Shown: positions 30,886 through 42,158, counted from the stretch's first letter. The stretch: 64,000 nt of DNA from Cyanophyceae cyanobacterium (GCA_038321985.1 JBBQFN010000012.1:64001-128000); one strand, 5' to 3'. Made by a program: numbers and translations. Notes: generated by a model from the letters alone, not told the origin.

Positions 30886-31488
30886 ATGAACGCTAAAATT
30901 TGGAACGGTTTCAACAAAAAGATTGCTGTTTTTTTAGGGGTTGTAGGGACAAGTTTGATGGTGGGACTGCCGGTGGTAGCAAATGTTGACTCCGCAGCGG
31001 ATAACACGACAGATTCTAACGAGGTGCTCATGGAAGCCCCCCCGGAAAGAACCGAGAGCAACATGGACAGCAGTCAAAAGACAATTGTTGATATTGCAGC
31101 CGGTAATGAATCTTTCACCACCCTGACCGCTGCTTTAGAGGCAGCGGGTTTAACCGACACCCTATCCGGTGAAGGTCCCTTTACAGTTTTTGCACCCACC
31201 GATGAAGCATTTGCAGCTTTACCCGAAGGCACTTTAGAACAGTTATTGCAGCCGGAGAACCGCGATCTTCTGATTCAGGTTTTAACCTATCATGTAGTAC
31301 CCGGTTCGGTCATGTCTGGGGACCTAACAACTACAGCAGTTCCCAGCGTTGAAGGTCGGCCTATTAATGTGACGGTGGGTGACGATAGCGTTATGGTCAA
31401 TAGTGCTACGGTGGTTCAAGCCGATATCCAAGCAAGTAACGGCGTGATTCATGTCATTGACCAAGTAATCCTGCCTCCTCAAATGTAG
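30886..31488 (+). CDS. Fasciclin (FAS1) domain protein
   Basis: FTVFAPTDEAF, VLTYHVV, NGVIHVID. Confidence 0.95.
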   Translation: MNAKIWNGFNKKIAVFLGVVGTSLMVGLPVVANVDSAADNTTDSNEVLMEAPPERTESNMDSSQKTIVDIAAGNESFTTLTAALEAAGLTDTLSGEGPFTVFAPTDEAFAALPEGTLEQLLQPENRDLLIQVLTYHVVPGSVMSGDLTTTAVPSVEGRPINVTVGDDSVMVNSATVVQADIQASNGVIHVIDQVILPPQM

Positions 31489-31548
31489 AGAAAACGATGA
31501 TCATGGGGTTCTAATTTACTGATTTAGAACCTAGCGATTGAATCCGTG

Positions 31549-31594
31549 AGAAAGGGGGTTTGTTCGGCCATGAAAGAACAAACTTCCCTTTTTT
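31549..31594 (+). terminator. Probable terminator hairpin
   Basis: AAAGGGGGTTTGTTC..GAACAAACTTCCCTTTTTT. Confidence 0.6.
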
Positions 31595-31660
31595 GGATGA
31601 GTGAGGGTCCGATTTAAGAAATTACCGTCCACTGGGTTTAGGGATTTCGATTAAGGTTTA

Positions 31661-32094
31661 TCAAGTTTCCCAATCCTCCCGCAAAATGGCATAAAGTTTT
31701 ATATTCTATTGGCGGAGGATTCCTTCAAATTTCATCCCGACTTTTTCCAGAACCCGGGCTGAGGATAGATTGGCAACTTTACATCGAGTTTCAATCCGGT
31801 TTGAGTCTTTTTCTTGAAAGCCAAAGGCGATTAAGTTGCGATCGCCCTTATGAATAATGGCTCCTTAAAACTTTGAGGTATCTTATATTTTTTCATGATA
31901 AAATTTAAAAAACTTGGGTATTTTTTAGGAATTGATGGGGGCCAAGTTGTGTATTTCGATACTTCGGGTTCTGAGGCATATTCAAACAAATTCGGTGCAT
32001 CGTCAAGACTTATTTTTCTGAGGATCAGTCGATCAGTTTCTAAGATGGGCAAGTCAGGACCTGTAGGTAAAGTCCGGGGGATAATCTTCTGCAA
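31661..32094 (-). pseudogene. Degraded RimJ/RimL-type GNAT acetyltransferase
   Basis: N-terminal LETDRLILRKI..YASEPEVSKYTTW; C-terminal fragments IAFGF, NRIETRCKVANLSSARVLEKVGMKFEGILRQ* and LYAILREDW in other frames; central acetyl-CoA-binding segment missing. Confidence 0.85.
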
Positions 32095-32297
32095 AGCGTT
32101 ATTTTAACTATATTACCTGCCGATCGCCCTCAAGGCTGGCTACTATTTCTGAATCTAGGCCAGTACCGTAAACCCTTGAGGTTAAAGGGTTTATGAGGGA
32201 TTAGACCCTTGGCTAGTTCGCCAAAACGACTGATATCCCATCTACTCACTCCTCCTTTTATAATCTGGAAAGCATGGCTTTAATACTATTAATATAT

Positions 32298-32594
32298 TTA
32301 TTCCTGGATATATTCTAAACACTTGAGAGTCTTGATTTGTTCCTCTAAGTCTAAAAATAGTTGGTATTCGCCTGCCCACTCTAAATATTCTAAATCTCCC
32401 CCTTCCATATCTTCGGCAGTGAGTTTATTCTTTAACTGGTTCGATGGCTGTTTATATTTATTTTCAAAATAATCCAGTCTTATTCTTGCCAATTTTTGGT
32501 TCTTTTCCAGGCGACCTAATTCCGAGGCGATCGCTCTTTTGATCAGTTCGGTTATGCGCTCAGGATGATCAGTTTTCAGAATAATTTCTGCCAT
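32298..32594 (-). CDS. Small hypothetical protein, putative antitoxin-like
   Basis: L..FE.KY...S and D.LEWAGEY pattern; GAGG RBS upstream. Confidence 0.6.
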   Translation of the reverse strand: MAEIILKTDHPERITELIKRAIASELGRLEKNQKLARIRLDYFENKYKQPSNQLKNKLTAEDMEGGDLEYLEWAGEYQLFLDLEEQIKTLKCLEYIQE

Positions 32595-32770
32595 ATCTGC
32601 ACCTCGTTAGGGTCTGCTGTTCCAGTATAAACCAATCAATCCTCCCTGAGGCGATCGCCCAAGTTGAGCCCATCTTGCCGCACCAATACCGACTGCCTTC
32701 AACTTGGGCTACCATTACTCAGCCTCTACCAGTAAAATGTAACTGACCCCATACCGTTAACTGTTTTCCG

Positions 32771-33985
32771 ATGAAGCTGAGTCTTTGCACGATCGTCAAA
32801 AACGAAGAAGCTACCCTTCCTAAATGTCTTGCCAGCGTTAAGGATGTGGTCGATGAAATGGTGGTTCTCGATACCGGATCCACCGATCGCACCGTAGAAA
32901 TCGCCCAGGAGTTTGGTGCAAAGGTTCATCACTTCGACTGGTGCAATGATTTCGCGGCGGCGCGGAATGAATCCCTGAAATATGCCGAAGGGGACTGGAT
33001 TTTGGTTTTAGATGCGGATGAGGTGCTGACTCCGGAAGTTGTCCCTAAAATTAAAGAATTGATTAACGGAACTGGCACCTTCCAAGGGGGACCATATCTT
33101 TTAATAAATTTAATTCGCCAAGAAGTGGGTGCTCAACAATCGCCCTATTCCCTGGTTTCCCGCTTGTTTAGAAATCAACCGGGTATTCAGTTTGAGCGTC
33201 CCTATCATGCCATGATTGATGATAGTGTACAACGGCTATTACAGCACCAATCGAATCAATGGCAGGTGGGTTCATTGATGGCGGTGGCAATTTTGCACGA
33301 AGGGTATCAAGCTAAAGCGATCGCCTCCCGAGATAAGTTGACCCGCGCCAGAGAGTCCATGGAATCCTATCTCACTACTCATCCGAACGATGCCTATACT
33401 TGCAGTAAACTTGGGGCTTTGTATGTTCAAAGTGGAGAAATGAAACGGGGGATGCAGTTATTAAAACTGGGATTGGCGGCGAGTACGCGATTAGAACCCC
33501 TGGTTTTGTATGAATTGCACTATCATTTGGGAATTGCCTACACCCGTGACCAAAAACTGAGTAAAGCTAAAGCGCAGTATGAAAAAGCGACTGCCCTGCC
33601 CATTTTAGAACCCATCAAATTGGGGGCGTATAATAACTTAGGTAATTTGCTGTTAGAAACAGGAAATCTCACCGGCGCGATCGCCACCTATCAGAAAGTC
33701 CTACAAATTGACCCTTCCATGAGTTCAGCCTATTTTAATTTGGGAATTGCCCTCAAAGAGAAAAAGCTAATCCCCCATGCGATCGCCGCCTATCAAAAAG
33801 CCATTCAACTCAATCCAAACTATGCTGAAGCGTACCAAAATCTTGGAGTAGCCTTACTCAAAGGCGGCAATATTTTAGATGGATTAGAGGCATTTCGACG
33901 GGCAATCACCCTATACGAACAACGGCACTCAACCGCCGGTGCCGCCTTGCGCCAAAGTTTAAAAGATATGGGATTTAAAGTGTGA
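32771..33985 (+). CDS. GT2 glycosyltransferase with C-terminal TPRs
   Basis: IVKNEE, DTGSTD, DFAAARN, LDADE; TPR repeats. Confidence 0.92.
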   Translation: MKLSLCTIVKNEEATLPKCLASVKDVVDEMVVLDTGSTDRTVEIAQEFGAKVHHFDWCNDFAAARNESLKYAEGDWILVLDADEVLTPEVVPKIKELINGTGTFQGGPYLLINLIRQEVGAQQSPYSLVSRLFRNQPGIQFERPYHAMIDDSVQRLLQHQSNQWQVGSLMAVAILHEGYQAKAIASRDKLTRARESMESYLTTHPNDAYTCSKLGALYVQSGEMKRGMQLLKLGLAASTRLEPLVLYELHYHLGIAYTRDQKLSKAKAQYEKATALPILEPIKLGAYNNLGNLLLETGNLTGAIATYQKVLQIDPSMSSAYFNLGIALKEKKLIPHAIAAYQKAIQLNPNYAEAYQNLGVALLKGGNILDGLEAFRRAITLYEQRHSTAGAALRQSLKDMGFKV

Positions 33986-34116
33986 GGGAAACTCTCAAAT
34001 CCAGTAAAAAGTATTGTTTTCACCGGTTCTTCCTGCATCACTGCGGTTGATGATTGGGGATGAAGCCATACAATAGAAAGAATCAATGACGTGAGTTTCA
34101 ACAGGGAGGAGAACAG

Positions 34117-35034
34117 ATGGTAGCTGGTGTTTTACCCGGAGATTTAGCCTGTGGTTGCCTGAGTACACTGATCCCAGCAGAACCCACCCCCGAACCCAAC
34201 CCCGGATCTACACCGGGACCGACAGAACCGGGACTTCCCCCGGGGGAAGTCTTAAACCCGGAGGACTTTCTGGACCTCCGGGATGACCCCCTGCGTCCCG
34301 ATGATTTTAGGCTGAGTGGAGGACAACTCGCTGAACGCCTAGGGGGAGTCAGAGCTTTAGCGGGGGATGATACAGTCATTGGTTCAGTCTCTAATGAACT
34401 GATCAATGGGAATTTAGGTAACGATGTATTATTTGGCCGAGGGGGTAATGACACGTTGCGCGGGGGACAGGATAATGATGCCGTTTATGGAGAAGAAGGG
34501 GATGATATTCTTAACGGCAATCGCGGGGATGATTTAGTCACCGGAAGTAGAGGAAACGATCTTGTGCGCGGGGGTCAAGACAACGATTTGCTAATAGGTG
34601 GGGAAGGAAATGATACCCTAATCGGTGATTTCGGACTCGATCGCATGGTGGGGGGAAGTGGTACGGATTTATTTGTCCTTCGCACCGATGCCGCCTCCAC
34701 CAATCCCGAAGAAGCGGATATTATTTTGGATTTTAATAACGATCAAATTGGACTCACCGGAGGTGTAACAACCAATGATTTGGTATTTCAACCGTTTACT
34801 CGGAATTTAGAGAGCGAACTTACCATTTTGCAAACCTATACGACCGATGATGTTTTAGTCTTAAGTGGATTATCCGCAGGCCAACTGAACCCGAATGAGA
34901 ATGGAGAGATCAATGGGACATTAATTCAACAGGAGTCCACAGGTAGAGTGTTAGCAGTTGTGCTGAATGTGACGGAAAGTGAACTGCGAAGGGCAATCAC
35001 CCCGGTCCCGGCAGAGATTTTAGCTCTAGGGTAA
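34117..35034 (+). CDS. RTX/hemolysin-type calcium-binding protein
   Basis: Repeated GGxGNDxLxG nonapeptides. Confidence 0.88.
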   Translation: MVAGVLPGDLACGCLSTLIPAEPTPEPNPGSTPGPTEPGLPPGEVLNPEDFLDLRDDPLRPDDFRLSGGQLAERLGGVRALAGDDTVIGSVSNELINGNLGNDVLFGRGGNDTLRGGQDNDAVYGEEGDDILNGNRGDDLVTGSRGNDLVRGGQDNDLLIGGEGNDTLIGDFGLDRMVGGSGTDLFVLRTDAASTNPEEADIILDFNNDQIGLTGGVTTNDLVFQPFTRNLESELTILQTYTTDDVLVLSGLSAGQLNPNENGEINGTLIQQESTGRVLAVVLNVTESELRRAITPVPAEILALG

Positions 35035-35068
35035 CTTAGCCCAGGCGATCGCATCCGTAAAAACGGAG

Positions 35069-35932
35069 TTATTCCGGTGGCAATTCTAGGGGAATTTGAC
35101 CTAACAATCCCTTGCGAAAATCGTTGAGAATTTGTCGCGCCGCCCGTTCCACATCCCCCTCATATCGAGATTGGGCGAAATTGTGTAAATAATCTTCGCC
35201 ACTGATCGCGAAGGGGTCGATTCGATAGCGCGATCGCAATGCGTGGGGGGGAATCAGTCCTTTCCCAATCTCTTCAACTTCTTTCACCAACTCCAAAAAT
35301 GCCGACGCCACCCGCTGATTATCGTAAGCTGCCTCGCCGATATCGTCACAAATGGCTAATTTAAAGGCCGCTTCTTGATCCTCTAACTTACTAGGAATCA
35401 CTCCAGGGGCATCCAACAGTTCAAGTTCATCAGAAATCCTCACCCACCGCAATTGCTTCGTCACCCCCGCACGTCGGGCGCTTTCCACTACCCGCCGCCC
35501 TACTAATCGATTAATTAAGGCCGATTTGCCCACATTGGGAAACCCAATCACCACTGCACGCACCGCGCGAGGGCGCATCCCGCGATCGAGACGACGTTGA
35601 TTGAGGGCAATCCCTGCCTCCTTCGCTGCCTTAAATACCGCCTTCACCCCAGTACCATCTTGAGCATTCGTAAAGTAGGGGATTTCTCCGTTACGTTGAA
35701 ACCACAGATGCCAGCGATCGCGCAGGGGTGGCAAAATCGTATCTACCCGATTCAGCACTAAAACACGACTTTTACTACCCACCCATTGCGGCACCTGGGG
35801 ATGATGGGTAGACAAAGGAATCCGGGCATCCCGAACCTCCAACACCACATCCACCAATTTCAATTGTTCCGCCAGTTGTTTTTCCGCCTTAGAAATATGG
35901 CCGGGATACCATTGAATGTCAGGAGTTGTCAT
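35069..35932 (-). CDS. rbgA: Ribosome biogenesis GTPase YlqF/RbgA
   Basis: IQWYPGH, DARIP, GFPNVGKS, DAPG. Confidence 0.95.
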   Translation of the reverse strand: MTTPDIQWYPGHISKAEKQLAEQLKLVDVVLEVRDARIPLSTHHPQVPQWVGSKSRVLVLNRVDTILPPLRDRWHLWFQRNGEIPYFTNAQDGTGVKAVFKAAKEAGIALNQRRLDRGMRPRAVRAVVIGFPNVGKSALINRLVGRRVVESARRAGVTKQLRWVRISDELELLDAPGVIPSKLEDQEAAFKLAICDDIGEAAYDNQRVASAFLELVKEVEEIGKGLIPPHALRSRYRIDPFAISGEDYLHNFAQSRYEGDVERAARQILNDFRKGLLGQIPLELPPE

Positions 35933-35998
35933 GTTAGATACTTGGTAACGAGGATGGGGGAGATGGGGAGGATGGGGGAGAGTAGGTTATTCAATTTC

Positions 35999-36025
35999 GT
36001 AGTAACGACAGCAAGTCGTTACTAC
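35999..36025. repeat. Isolated GTAG-type REP-like palindrome
   Basis: GTAGTAACGAC-AGCAA-GTCGTTACTAC, the same family as the array at 21209; 9-mer GATGGGGGA repeats lie just upstream. Confidence 0.8.
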
Positions 36026-36046
36026 TAATGGGGGGAGAAACTTCCC

Positions 36047-36460
36047 CTACGGTACAATCAACACCGGACAAGGGGCCAGATTAATCACGCGATTGGTGAC
36101 GCTATCGGCGAGACCCTCTTCCGTTAAACCAATACCGCGACAGCCCATAATCACCAGATCGGCATTGATTTCATCCGCCACATCGCAAATGATAAAGGCG
36201 GGTTTTCCTTCGCGTTCGATGGTTTCCGCTTGGATACCTAGCTTAGAAAACATCGACTGAGCATTTTTGAGTAATTCGGCGATCGCCTCTGGGGTCATCA
36301 CTTGTTCGGGCGGTGGAGGTTCTTCTCCCTCCACCGGGACTTCATTCACGGATAGCAGGATTAAGCGGGAGTTAAAGGTTTTGACCATTTGGGCCACCGT
36401 ATCCGCAGCTTCACGGGATTCGCGACTCTCATCGATCGGAAAAAGAACAGTTTTAAACAT
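36047..36460 (-). CDS. Universal stress protein
   Basis: LFPIDES, ADLVIMGCRG, SVTNRVINLAPCPVLIV. Confidence 0.93.
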   Translation of the reverse strand: MFKTVLFPIDESRESREAADTVAQMVKTFNSRLILLSVNEVPVEGEEPPPPEQVMTPEAIAELLKNAQSMFSKLGIQAETIEREGKPAFIICDVADEINADLVIMGCRGIGLTEEGLADSVTNRVINLAPCPVLIVP

Positions 36461-36653
36461 AGCAGCCGTGTTTAGGACGCACTCAACGATAAAATGTTTA
36501 CGGCAAACCTTCCAGATAGAGAGAGACTCCTCTATCGCGACGCCACGAATGGCGTCAGTTTTGGAGGCTGCCTAGGCGCAGGAGTTAAATCCCACGCGCT
36601 ATAAGCCGATTTTCTAGAAAATAGACCAAAAAACGCAATTAGGAGGGATCTTC

Positions 36654-37859
36654 ATGCCCAAGAAAACTGTAGCAAATTTGTCAGCCTCAGACCTATCGGG
36701 TAAACGGGTGTTAGTCCGTGCCGACTTTAATGTACCCCTGGACGATGCAGGTAATATCACCGATGATACCCGGATTCGGGCGGCATTGCCGACGATTCAA
36801 GATTTAACTGGCAAAGGGGCTAAAGTTATTCTCGCCAGCCATTTCGGACGTCCCAAGGGTCAAGTGAATGAAAAGATGCGTCTAACCCCGGTTGCCAAGC
36901 GCCTCTCGGAATTACTCGGCAAAGAAGTCATCAAATGTGATGACTGCATTGGGGATGAGGTGGCAAACAAAGTTAAAGGGATGGAAAACGGCCAGGTTGC
37001 TTTACTGGAAAATGTCCGTTTCTACGCCGAAGAAGAGAAAAACGACCCCGAATTTGCTAAAAAGCTGGCTTCCGTTGCCGATTTGTATGTAAACGATGCC
37101 TTTGGGACCGCCCACCGCGCCCATGCTTCCACGGAAGGGGTGACCCATTACCTGAGTCCCTCGGTTGCCGGGTCTTTAATGGAGAAAGAACTGCAATATC
37201 TCAAAGGGGCGATCGAAGAACCTCAACGTCCTTTGGCAGCAATTATCGGCGGTTCTAAAGTATCCAGCAAAATTGGCGTCATCGAAACCCTTTTAGATAA
37301 GTGTGACAAACTGCTACTCGGTGGCGGGATGATTTTCACCTTCTTAAAAGCACGGGGGATCAGCGTCGGTAATTCCTTAGTGGAAGATGACAAACTAGAG
37401 TTAGCCAAGTCATTGGAAGCGAAAGCAAAAGAACGCGGTGTGGCGATGTTGCTGCCAACCGATGTTGTGATCGCGGATAAATTTGGTGCGGATGCGAATA
37501 CGCAAATTGTCAGCGTTGAAAATATCCCCGATGGTTGGATGGGATTGGATATTGGTCCGGATTCTGTGAAAACCTTCCAAGATGCTCTGGCTGATTGCAA
37601 GACGGTGATTTGGAACGGACCGATGGGTGTATTTGAAATCGATAAATTCGCCAAAGGTACCGAGGCGATCGCCCATACTTTATCCGAACTGACCCCCAAA
37701 GGCACTACCACCATCATCGGCGGTGGCGACTCCGTAGCAGCAGTTGAAAAAGTTGGATTGGCAGATAAAATGAGCCACATTTCCACCGGCGGCGGTGCCA
37801 GCTTAGAATTACTCGAAGGCAAGGAACTCCCCGGAGTTGCTGCCTTAGATGAAGCCTAA
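36654..37859 (+). CDS. pgk: Phosphoglycerate kinase
   Basis: [27 protein letters not shown]. Confidence 0.98.
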   Translation: MPKKTVANLSASDLSGKRVLVRADFNVPLDDAGNITDDTRIRAALPTIQDLTGKGAKVILASHFGRPKGQVNEKMRLTPVAKRLSELLGKEVIKCDDCIGDEVANKVKGMENGQVALLENVRFYAEEEKNDPEFAKKLASVADLYVNDAFGTAHRAHASTEGVTHYLSPSVAGSLMEKELQYLKGAIEEPQRPLAAIIGGSKVSSKIGVIETLLDKCDKLLLGGGMIFTFLKARGISVGNSLVEDDKLELAKSLEAKAKERGVAMLLPTDVVIADKFGADANTQIVSVENIPDGWMGLDIGPDSVKTFQDALADCKTVIWNGPMGVFEIDKFAKGTEAIAHTLSELTPKGTTTIIGGGDSVAAVEKVGLADKMSHISTGGGASLELLEGKELPGVAALDEA

Positions 37860-37912
37860 GCATTACGATTCTTAAAATGGGTTTTACACCCCTTTTTAAT
37901 GCGTGACTCTGC

Positions 37913-37972
37913 CTGAATAAATCGCGATTTATTCAGCAGTTGAGTAGGGGTAATTTATAAATTACCTCTACT
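37913..37972. repeat. Two adjacent palindromes downstream of pgk
   Basis: Perfect 24-bp CTGAATAAATCGCGATTTATTCAG; GTAGGGGTAATTTATAAATTACCTCTAC. Confidence 0.7.
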
Positions 37973-38889
37973 TTAAGCAAGCAATGGAAATCTTTATAGA
38001 CTCCTGAGTAATTTTTAAATAGTCTCAAGAAATGGAATTTTTTCAGGTAGAATTATTAATTATTATTTTCCCTTGAAAATCCAGAAAATATAAGTAAAAT
38101 TGGAGGGTTTAAAGCCAAGAAAATTTATAAAAAATTGAGTGCTTATTGGATTACTTGCGAGGGTTTTACCTATTAATTTTTATAAAATATCGGCAAATAA
38201 AATCATTTGGATTCATCTCTCGCCGGTTGTGGGGTTCAGAGCAAATTCGGCCTAAAAACTTCTGATACAAGGAGTAGCCTAGGTCGGCGGCCTTTAACAG
38301 GAAAGGCGCACCCAATCGGGGGTCGGTTGTGGCTTAAAATTCAATCTTTTGGGAGTTTAATATTTTTAAATATTAAACTCTTTTTAAAATAAAAATACAC
38401 TTTTAAATAGTTATTATAATTTTGAACCTAACAAGCAGAATGAGATAAATTTAATTCAAAAATATAAATAAGATTGGGAATAGGGTAATCTCAACCCGAG
38501 TATCTTCTACAGTGGGGTTAAGTGGATTTATGCTCATCCACGTAATCGGTGTAGAAGGCTCCAATCACAAAGTAAAATTATCCGAATCGCGCTATAATAA
38601 TCTTTTGGGATTCTTACGGGTTCACGACGGGTCCAATGAGATTTAGAGAACCAGGGAGGGGATTGATTCGGTTATCAAAACTTCGCGATCGTTTCTCACA
38701 TACTGGAGCCTTTAATCAGTAAAGTTTTATTACATCAACCTTGACCCTCCAGCATTCTCAAGCGTTTACTGGAGTCGGGTCAACCCCAAAATCCCCGGAG
38801 GGAACCCCATTGCAATCGGTCAGTACGACCTAGTGCTGATTGGCTTCAACAGTCAACAAACCCACTAACCCTATCAATTCGGTGAAATC

Positions 38890-39852
38890 ATGAAAATAGC
38901 TCGAAATATTACAGAACTCGTCGGTCGCACTCCTTTAGTCGAATTAAACCGCATTCCTCAAGCCGAAGGTTGCGTCGCTAGAATTGTGGTTAAATTAGAA
39001 GGAATGAACCCCGCCTCTTCCGTGAAGGATCGCATCGGCGTGAACATGATTAATGTGGCAGAAGAGGAAGGGAAAATTATTCCGGGAAAAACCGTATTAG
39101 TGGAACCAACCTCGGGAAATACAGGAATTGCCCTAGCAATGGCTGCTGCTGCAAAGGGGTATCAACTGATTTTAACGATGCCAGAAACGATGAGTCAAGA
39201 GCGCCGATTGATGTTGAGCGCTTATGGGGCTAAAGTAGAATTGACTCCCGGCAATATGGGCATGAAAGGGGCAATCTCCCGGGCGCAAGAGATTGTAGAT
39301 AGTACCCCGGATGCCTATATGTTGCAACAATTTAGTAACATGGCAAACCCCCAGATTCATCGGGAGACAACTGCCGTAGAAATTTGGGACGATACAGATG
39401 GCACAGTAGACTTTGTAGTGTCTGGGGTGGGGACTGGAGGGACTTTAACTGGGATAGCAGAAGTGCTCAAGGCGCGCAAACCCAGTTTTAAGGCGATCGC
39501 CGTCGAACCCACTAATAGTCCAATCCTATCCGGCGGTTCTCCCGGTCCTCACAAAATTCAAGGCATTGGTGCAGGATTCATTCCTGCGGTCTTAAAGGTA
39601 GAACTCATTGATGAAGTGATTATGGTCAGCGATGATGAATCGATGGCCTATAGTCGTCGTTTAGCCCGGGAAGAAGGACTCCTTTCAGGTATTTCCGCTG
39701 GTGCGGCCTTATGCGCCGCTATCCGCATCGGTCAACGTCCAGAAAATAAAGGCAAGCTGATTGTGATGATTCAGCCCAGTTTTGGGGAACGTTACCTGAG
39801 TACGCCCCTATTCCAAGATCCAGAACTGCAAGCAGCAGCAGCAATCAGTTAA
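38890..39852 (+). CDS. cysK: Cysteine synthase A
   Basis: [33 protein letters not shown]. Confidence 0.97.
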   Translation: MKIARNITELVGRTPLVELNRIPQAEGCVARIVVKLEGMNPASSVKDRIGVNMINVAEEEGKIIPGKTVLVEPTSGNTGIALAMAAAAKGYQLILTMPETMSQERRLMLSAYGAKVELTPGNMGMKGAISRAQEIVDSTPDAYMLQQFSNMANPQIHRETTAVEIWDDTDGTVDFVVSGVGTGGTLTGIAEVLKARKPSFKAIAVEPTNSPILSGGSPGPHKIQGIGAGFIPAVLKVELIDEVIMVSDDESMAYSRRLAREEGLLSGISAGAALCAAIRIGQRPENKGKLIVMIQPSFGERYLSTPLFQDPELQAAAAIS

Positions 39853-40083
39853 TCTCGCTTCATTTATCTTCCCCCTGACTCCGGCACTTTAACCCAAAAA
39901 ACCGATTTCTGGGTTAAAGTACCCATTTACTGTAGCAGCATGGGCGCAGAATGGATCAAAGCGATCGCCCTGGCAAAATTCCCACCCCATTGTAAAGAAT
40001 TATAAAAACCCCTAGACTCTCCAGCTAAGCAGAGGGTTTATCCTGAGTTTAACAGGAAAAAATTAAGCCCTGGAGAAGTCGAA

Positions 40084-40386
40084 ATGAACGCAAGTTTATT
40101 TACCAAAACCGTCCTAGGAACCGCCGCCGCAGGTTTGACCCTCTTAGTCGTTGGTGCAAGTCCTTTGTTCGCACAAAGACCCGAACCACCAGTCCCTCCC
40201 ATGACTCCAGAACAAATGCAGCAACAGCACCAGGAAATGAGGGTACAGATGGAGGAAATGAGGGCGCAAATGCAGGAAATGCAAAAAATGCAGGAACATT
40301 GCAAAGCCAAAATGAATGGGGGCATGATGGGCGATGGAGAAGATGCCCCCAACCCTCAAGACCATCTAAACCATACCCCTGAGTAA
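40084..40386 (+). CDS. Small secreted Met/Gln-rich protein
   Basis: Signal peptide, Met-rich coiled coil, GGAG RBS. Confidence 0.7.
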   Translation: MNASLFTKTVLGTAAAGLTLLVVGASPLFAQRPEPPVPPMTPEQMQQQHQEMRVQMEEMRAQMQEMQKMQEHCKAKMNGGMMGDGEDAPNPQDHLNHTPE

Positions 40387-40576
40387 CCAAAAGAAGCGAT
40401 CGCCCTCTAGGGGAATGGTGAATTCGTAGAGTTCATCCCCTGGGTGAATTAGGGTATTTTTGATACAGAGGCGAGCGATCGCCTCTTTCTGTTTTTCAAC
40501 ATAATTGATGAAATTTTTAGATAGGTATGCTACAATTTCAAACAGGTTATCCATGAGAGAATAAAAATAATATATT

Positions 40577-40798
40577 ATGCAAATCAAAGGAATTAAAAAA
40601 GGTCGAAATATCGAAATATTTGATGATTTAGATATTCCCGATGGTCAAGAAATCACCTTATCAATTGAGACCGGAAGAGACTTTTGGCAACGTCTTCAGT
40701 CCTTTCGCCGAGAACTAGATTCTGAGGGAATATGGATCGAAACCGATATTTTTGAGGGGGTGCGGGATTCATCCCCGGGTCGAGAAGTAATTTTATGA
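40577..40798 (+). CDS. Putative antitoxin partner of the downstream PIN toxin
   Basis: 73 aa; ATGA overlap with the PIN gene; acidic C-terminus ending RDSSPGREV. Confidence 0.75.
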   Translation: MQIKGIKKGRNIEIFDDLDIPDGQEITLSIETGRDFWQRLQSFRRELDSEGIWIETDIFEGVRDSSPGREVIL

Positions 40799-41214
40799 GT
40801 TTACGATTTTTATTGGATACTAATATTCTCTCGGAACCGACTCGTCAATATCCTAATTTAAATGTGATGGCAATGCTCCAACAGCACGAAAAAGGAGTAG
40901 CCACCTCAACCACTGTGTGGCAGGAACTTCTTTTTGGATGTTCGCGCCTTCCCTATTCTCAGAAACGCAGATTTTTAGAACGGTATTTGAATCAGATTGT
41001 CCGTCCGACTATTCCACTTCTGCCTTATGATGTGGAGGCCGCAACTTGGCACGGTATAGAAAGAGCGAGATTGACGAGTATTGGCAAGACCCCTTCTTTT
41101 GCAGACGGTCAAATTGCCGCTGTTGCCCGAGTTAACCATTTAATTTTGGTCACCAACAATGTATCAGATTATCAGAATTTTTTAGATCTAGAAGTCGAAA
41201 ACTGGTTTAAATAG
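40795..41214 (+). CDS. vapC: VapC-family PIN toxin
   Basis: LLDTNILSE, DGQIAA, LVTNN..D. Confidence 0.92.
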   Translation: MSLRFLLDTNILSEPTRQYPNLNVMAMLQQHEKGVATSTTVWQELLFGCSRLPYSQKRRFLERYLNQIVRPTIPLLPYDVEAATWHGIERARLTSIGKTPSFADGQIAAVARVNHLILVTNNVSDYQNFLDLEVENWFK

Positions 41215-41351
41215 ACCTTATTAGAACTCTTGCAGGGGTAGGATGCTTCAGATAACTCAGTTATTGATTTCATCCCGAGCCAGATCGGGAGTCACACACC
41301 CTACCATTAAGGAAATGAAATCACCCATAGGATGATTTTTTCAGGAACTGC

Positions 41352-42158
41352 CTAATCGTGAATACTACCATCAGGCATTTGCGTACCTGTCAAGATGGCT
41401 TTGTTTAGGTCCGACATATTCACCGTTGCTCCACGCAGCCTCGCTTGGCTAAAGTCTGTATTCGTCAAGTTTGCTCCGTATAAACTTGCTCCCCCTAGAT
41501 TGGCATTGATTAAGCTGGCATCACTTAAGTTAGCACTATTTAAACTGGCTCCGGCTAGGTTAGCTCCATTTAGGTTGCTTCTGATGAGAATTGCCTGAGT
41601 TAATTTAGCATTCCGAAGGTTTGCTCCGCTGAGATCTATACCCGTTAAATTAGCACTTATCAAATCTGCTTCACTGAGAATGGCTTTACTCAGATTGCTA
41701 TGACTTAAATTGGCTTGACGGAGACTGGCTTTATGCAACTGAGCTTCTGGTAGATAGATTTCGCTTAGGTTTGCCTTAGAGAGTTGACTTGGTAGTATCA
41801 CTTCAGCTAGATGGGCTTGGCGGAGGTTAACTTGGGATAATATGGCCTCAGATAGGGTTGCTCCAATTAAGTTAGCATTATGTAGATTTGCCCCACTCAA
41901 GTTGGCTCTAGTTAAGTCTGACCTACTCAGATTGGCTTGATGAAGATCTGTATTATTTAGTTTTGCTCTGGTTAAGTTGGCTCCGGTCAAATCGGCGTAA
42001 CTTAAGTTGGCTCCGGTTAAGTTGGCTTCAGTTAGGTTGGCTCCGGTTAGGTTGGCTCCTTCTAACACTAATCCCGTTAGATTGGCTCTTTGGAGATTAA
42101 TCTGGCTAAAATCTCTTTCACCCGCATCATATCGCCTGATAATTTCATCAATATCCAT
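41352..42158 (-). CDS. Pentapeptide-repeat protein
   Basis: RYDAGERDF start; A(N/D)Lxx repeats; MPDG end. Confidence 0.95.
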   Translation of the reverse strand: MDIDEIIRRYDAGERDFSQINLQRANLTGLVLEGANLTGANLTEANLTGANLSYADLTGANLTRAKLNNTDLHQANLSRSDLTRANLSGANLHNANLIGATLSEAILSQVNLRQAHLAEVILPSQLSKANLSEIYLPEAQLHKASLRQANLSHSNLSKAILSEADLISANLTGIDLSGANLRNAKLTQAILIRSNLNGANLAGASLNSANLSDASLINANLGGASLYGANLTNTDFSQARLRGATVNMSDLNKAILTGTQMPDGSIHD

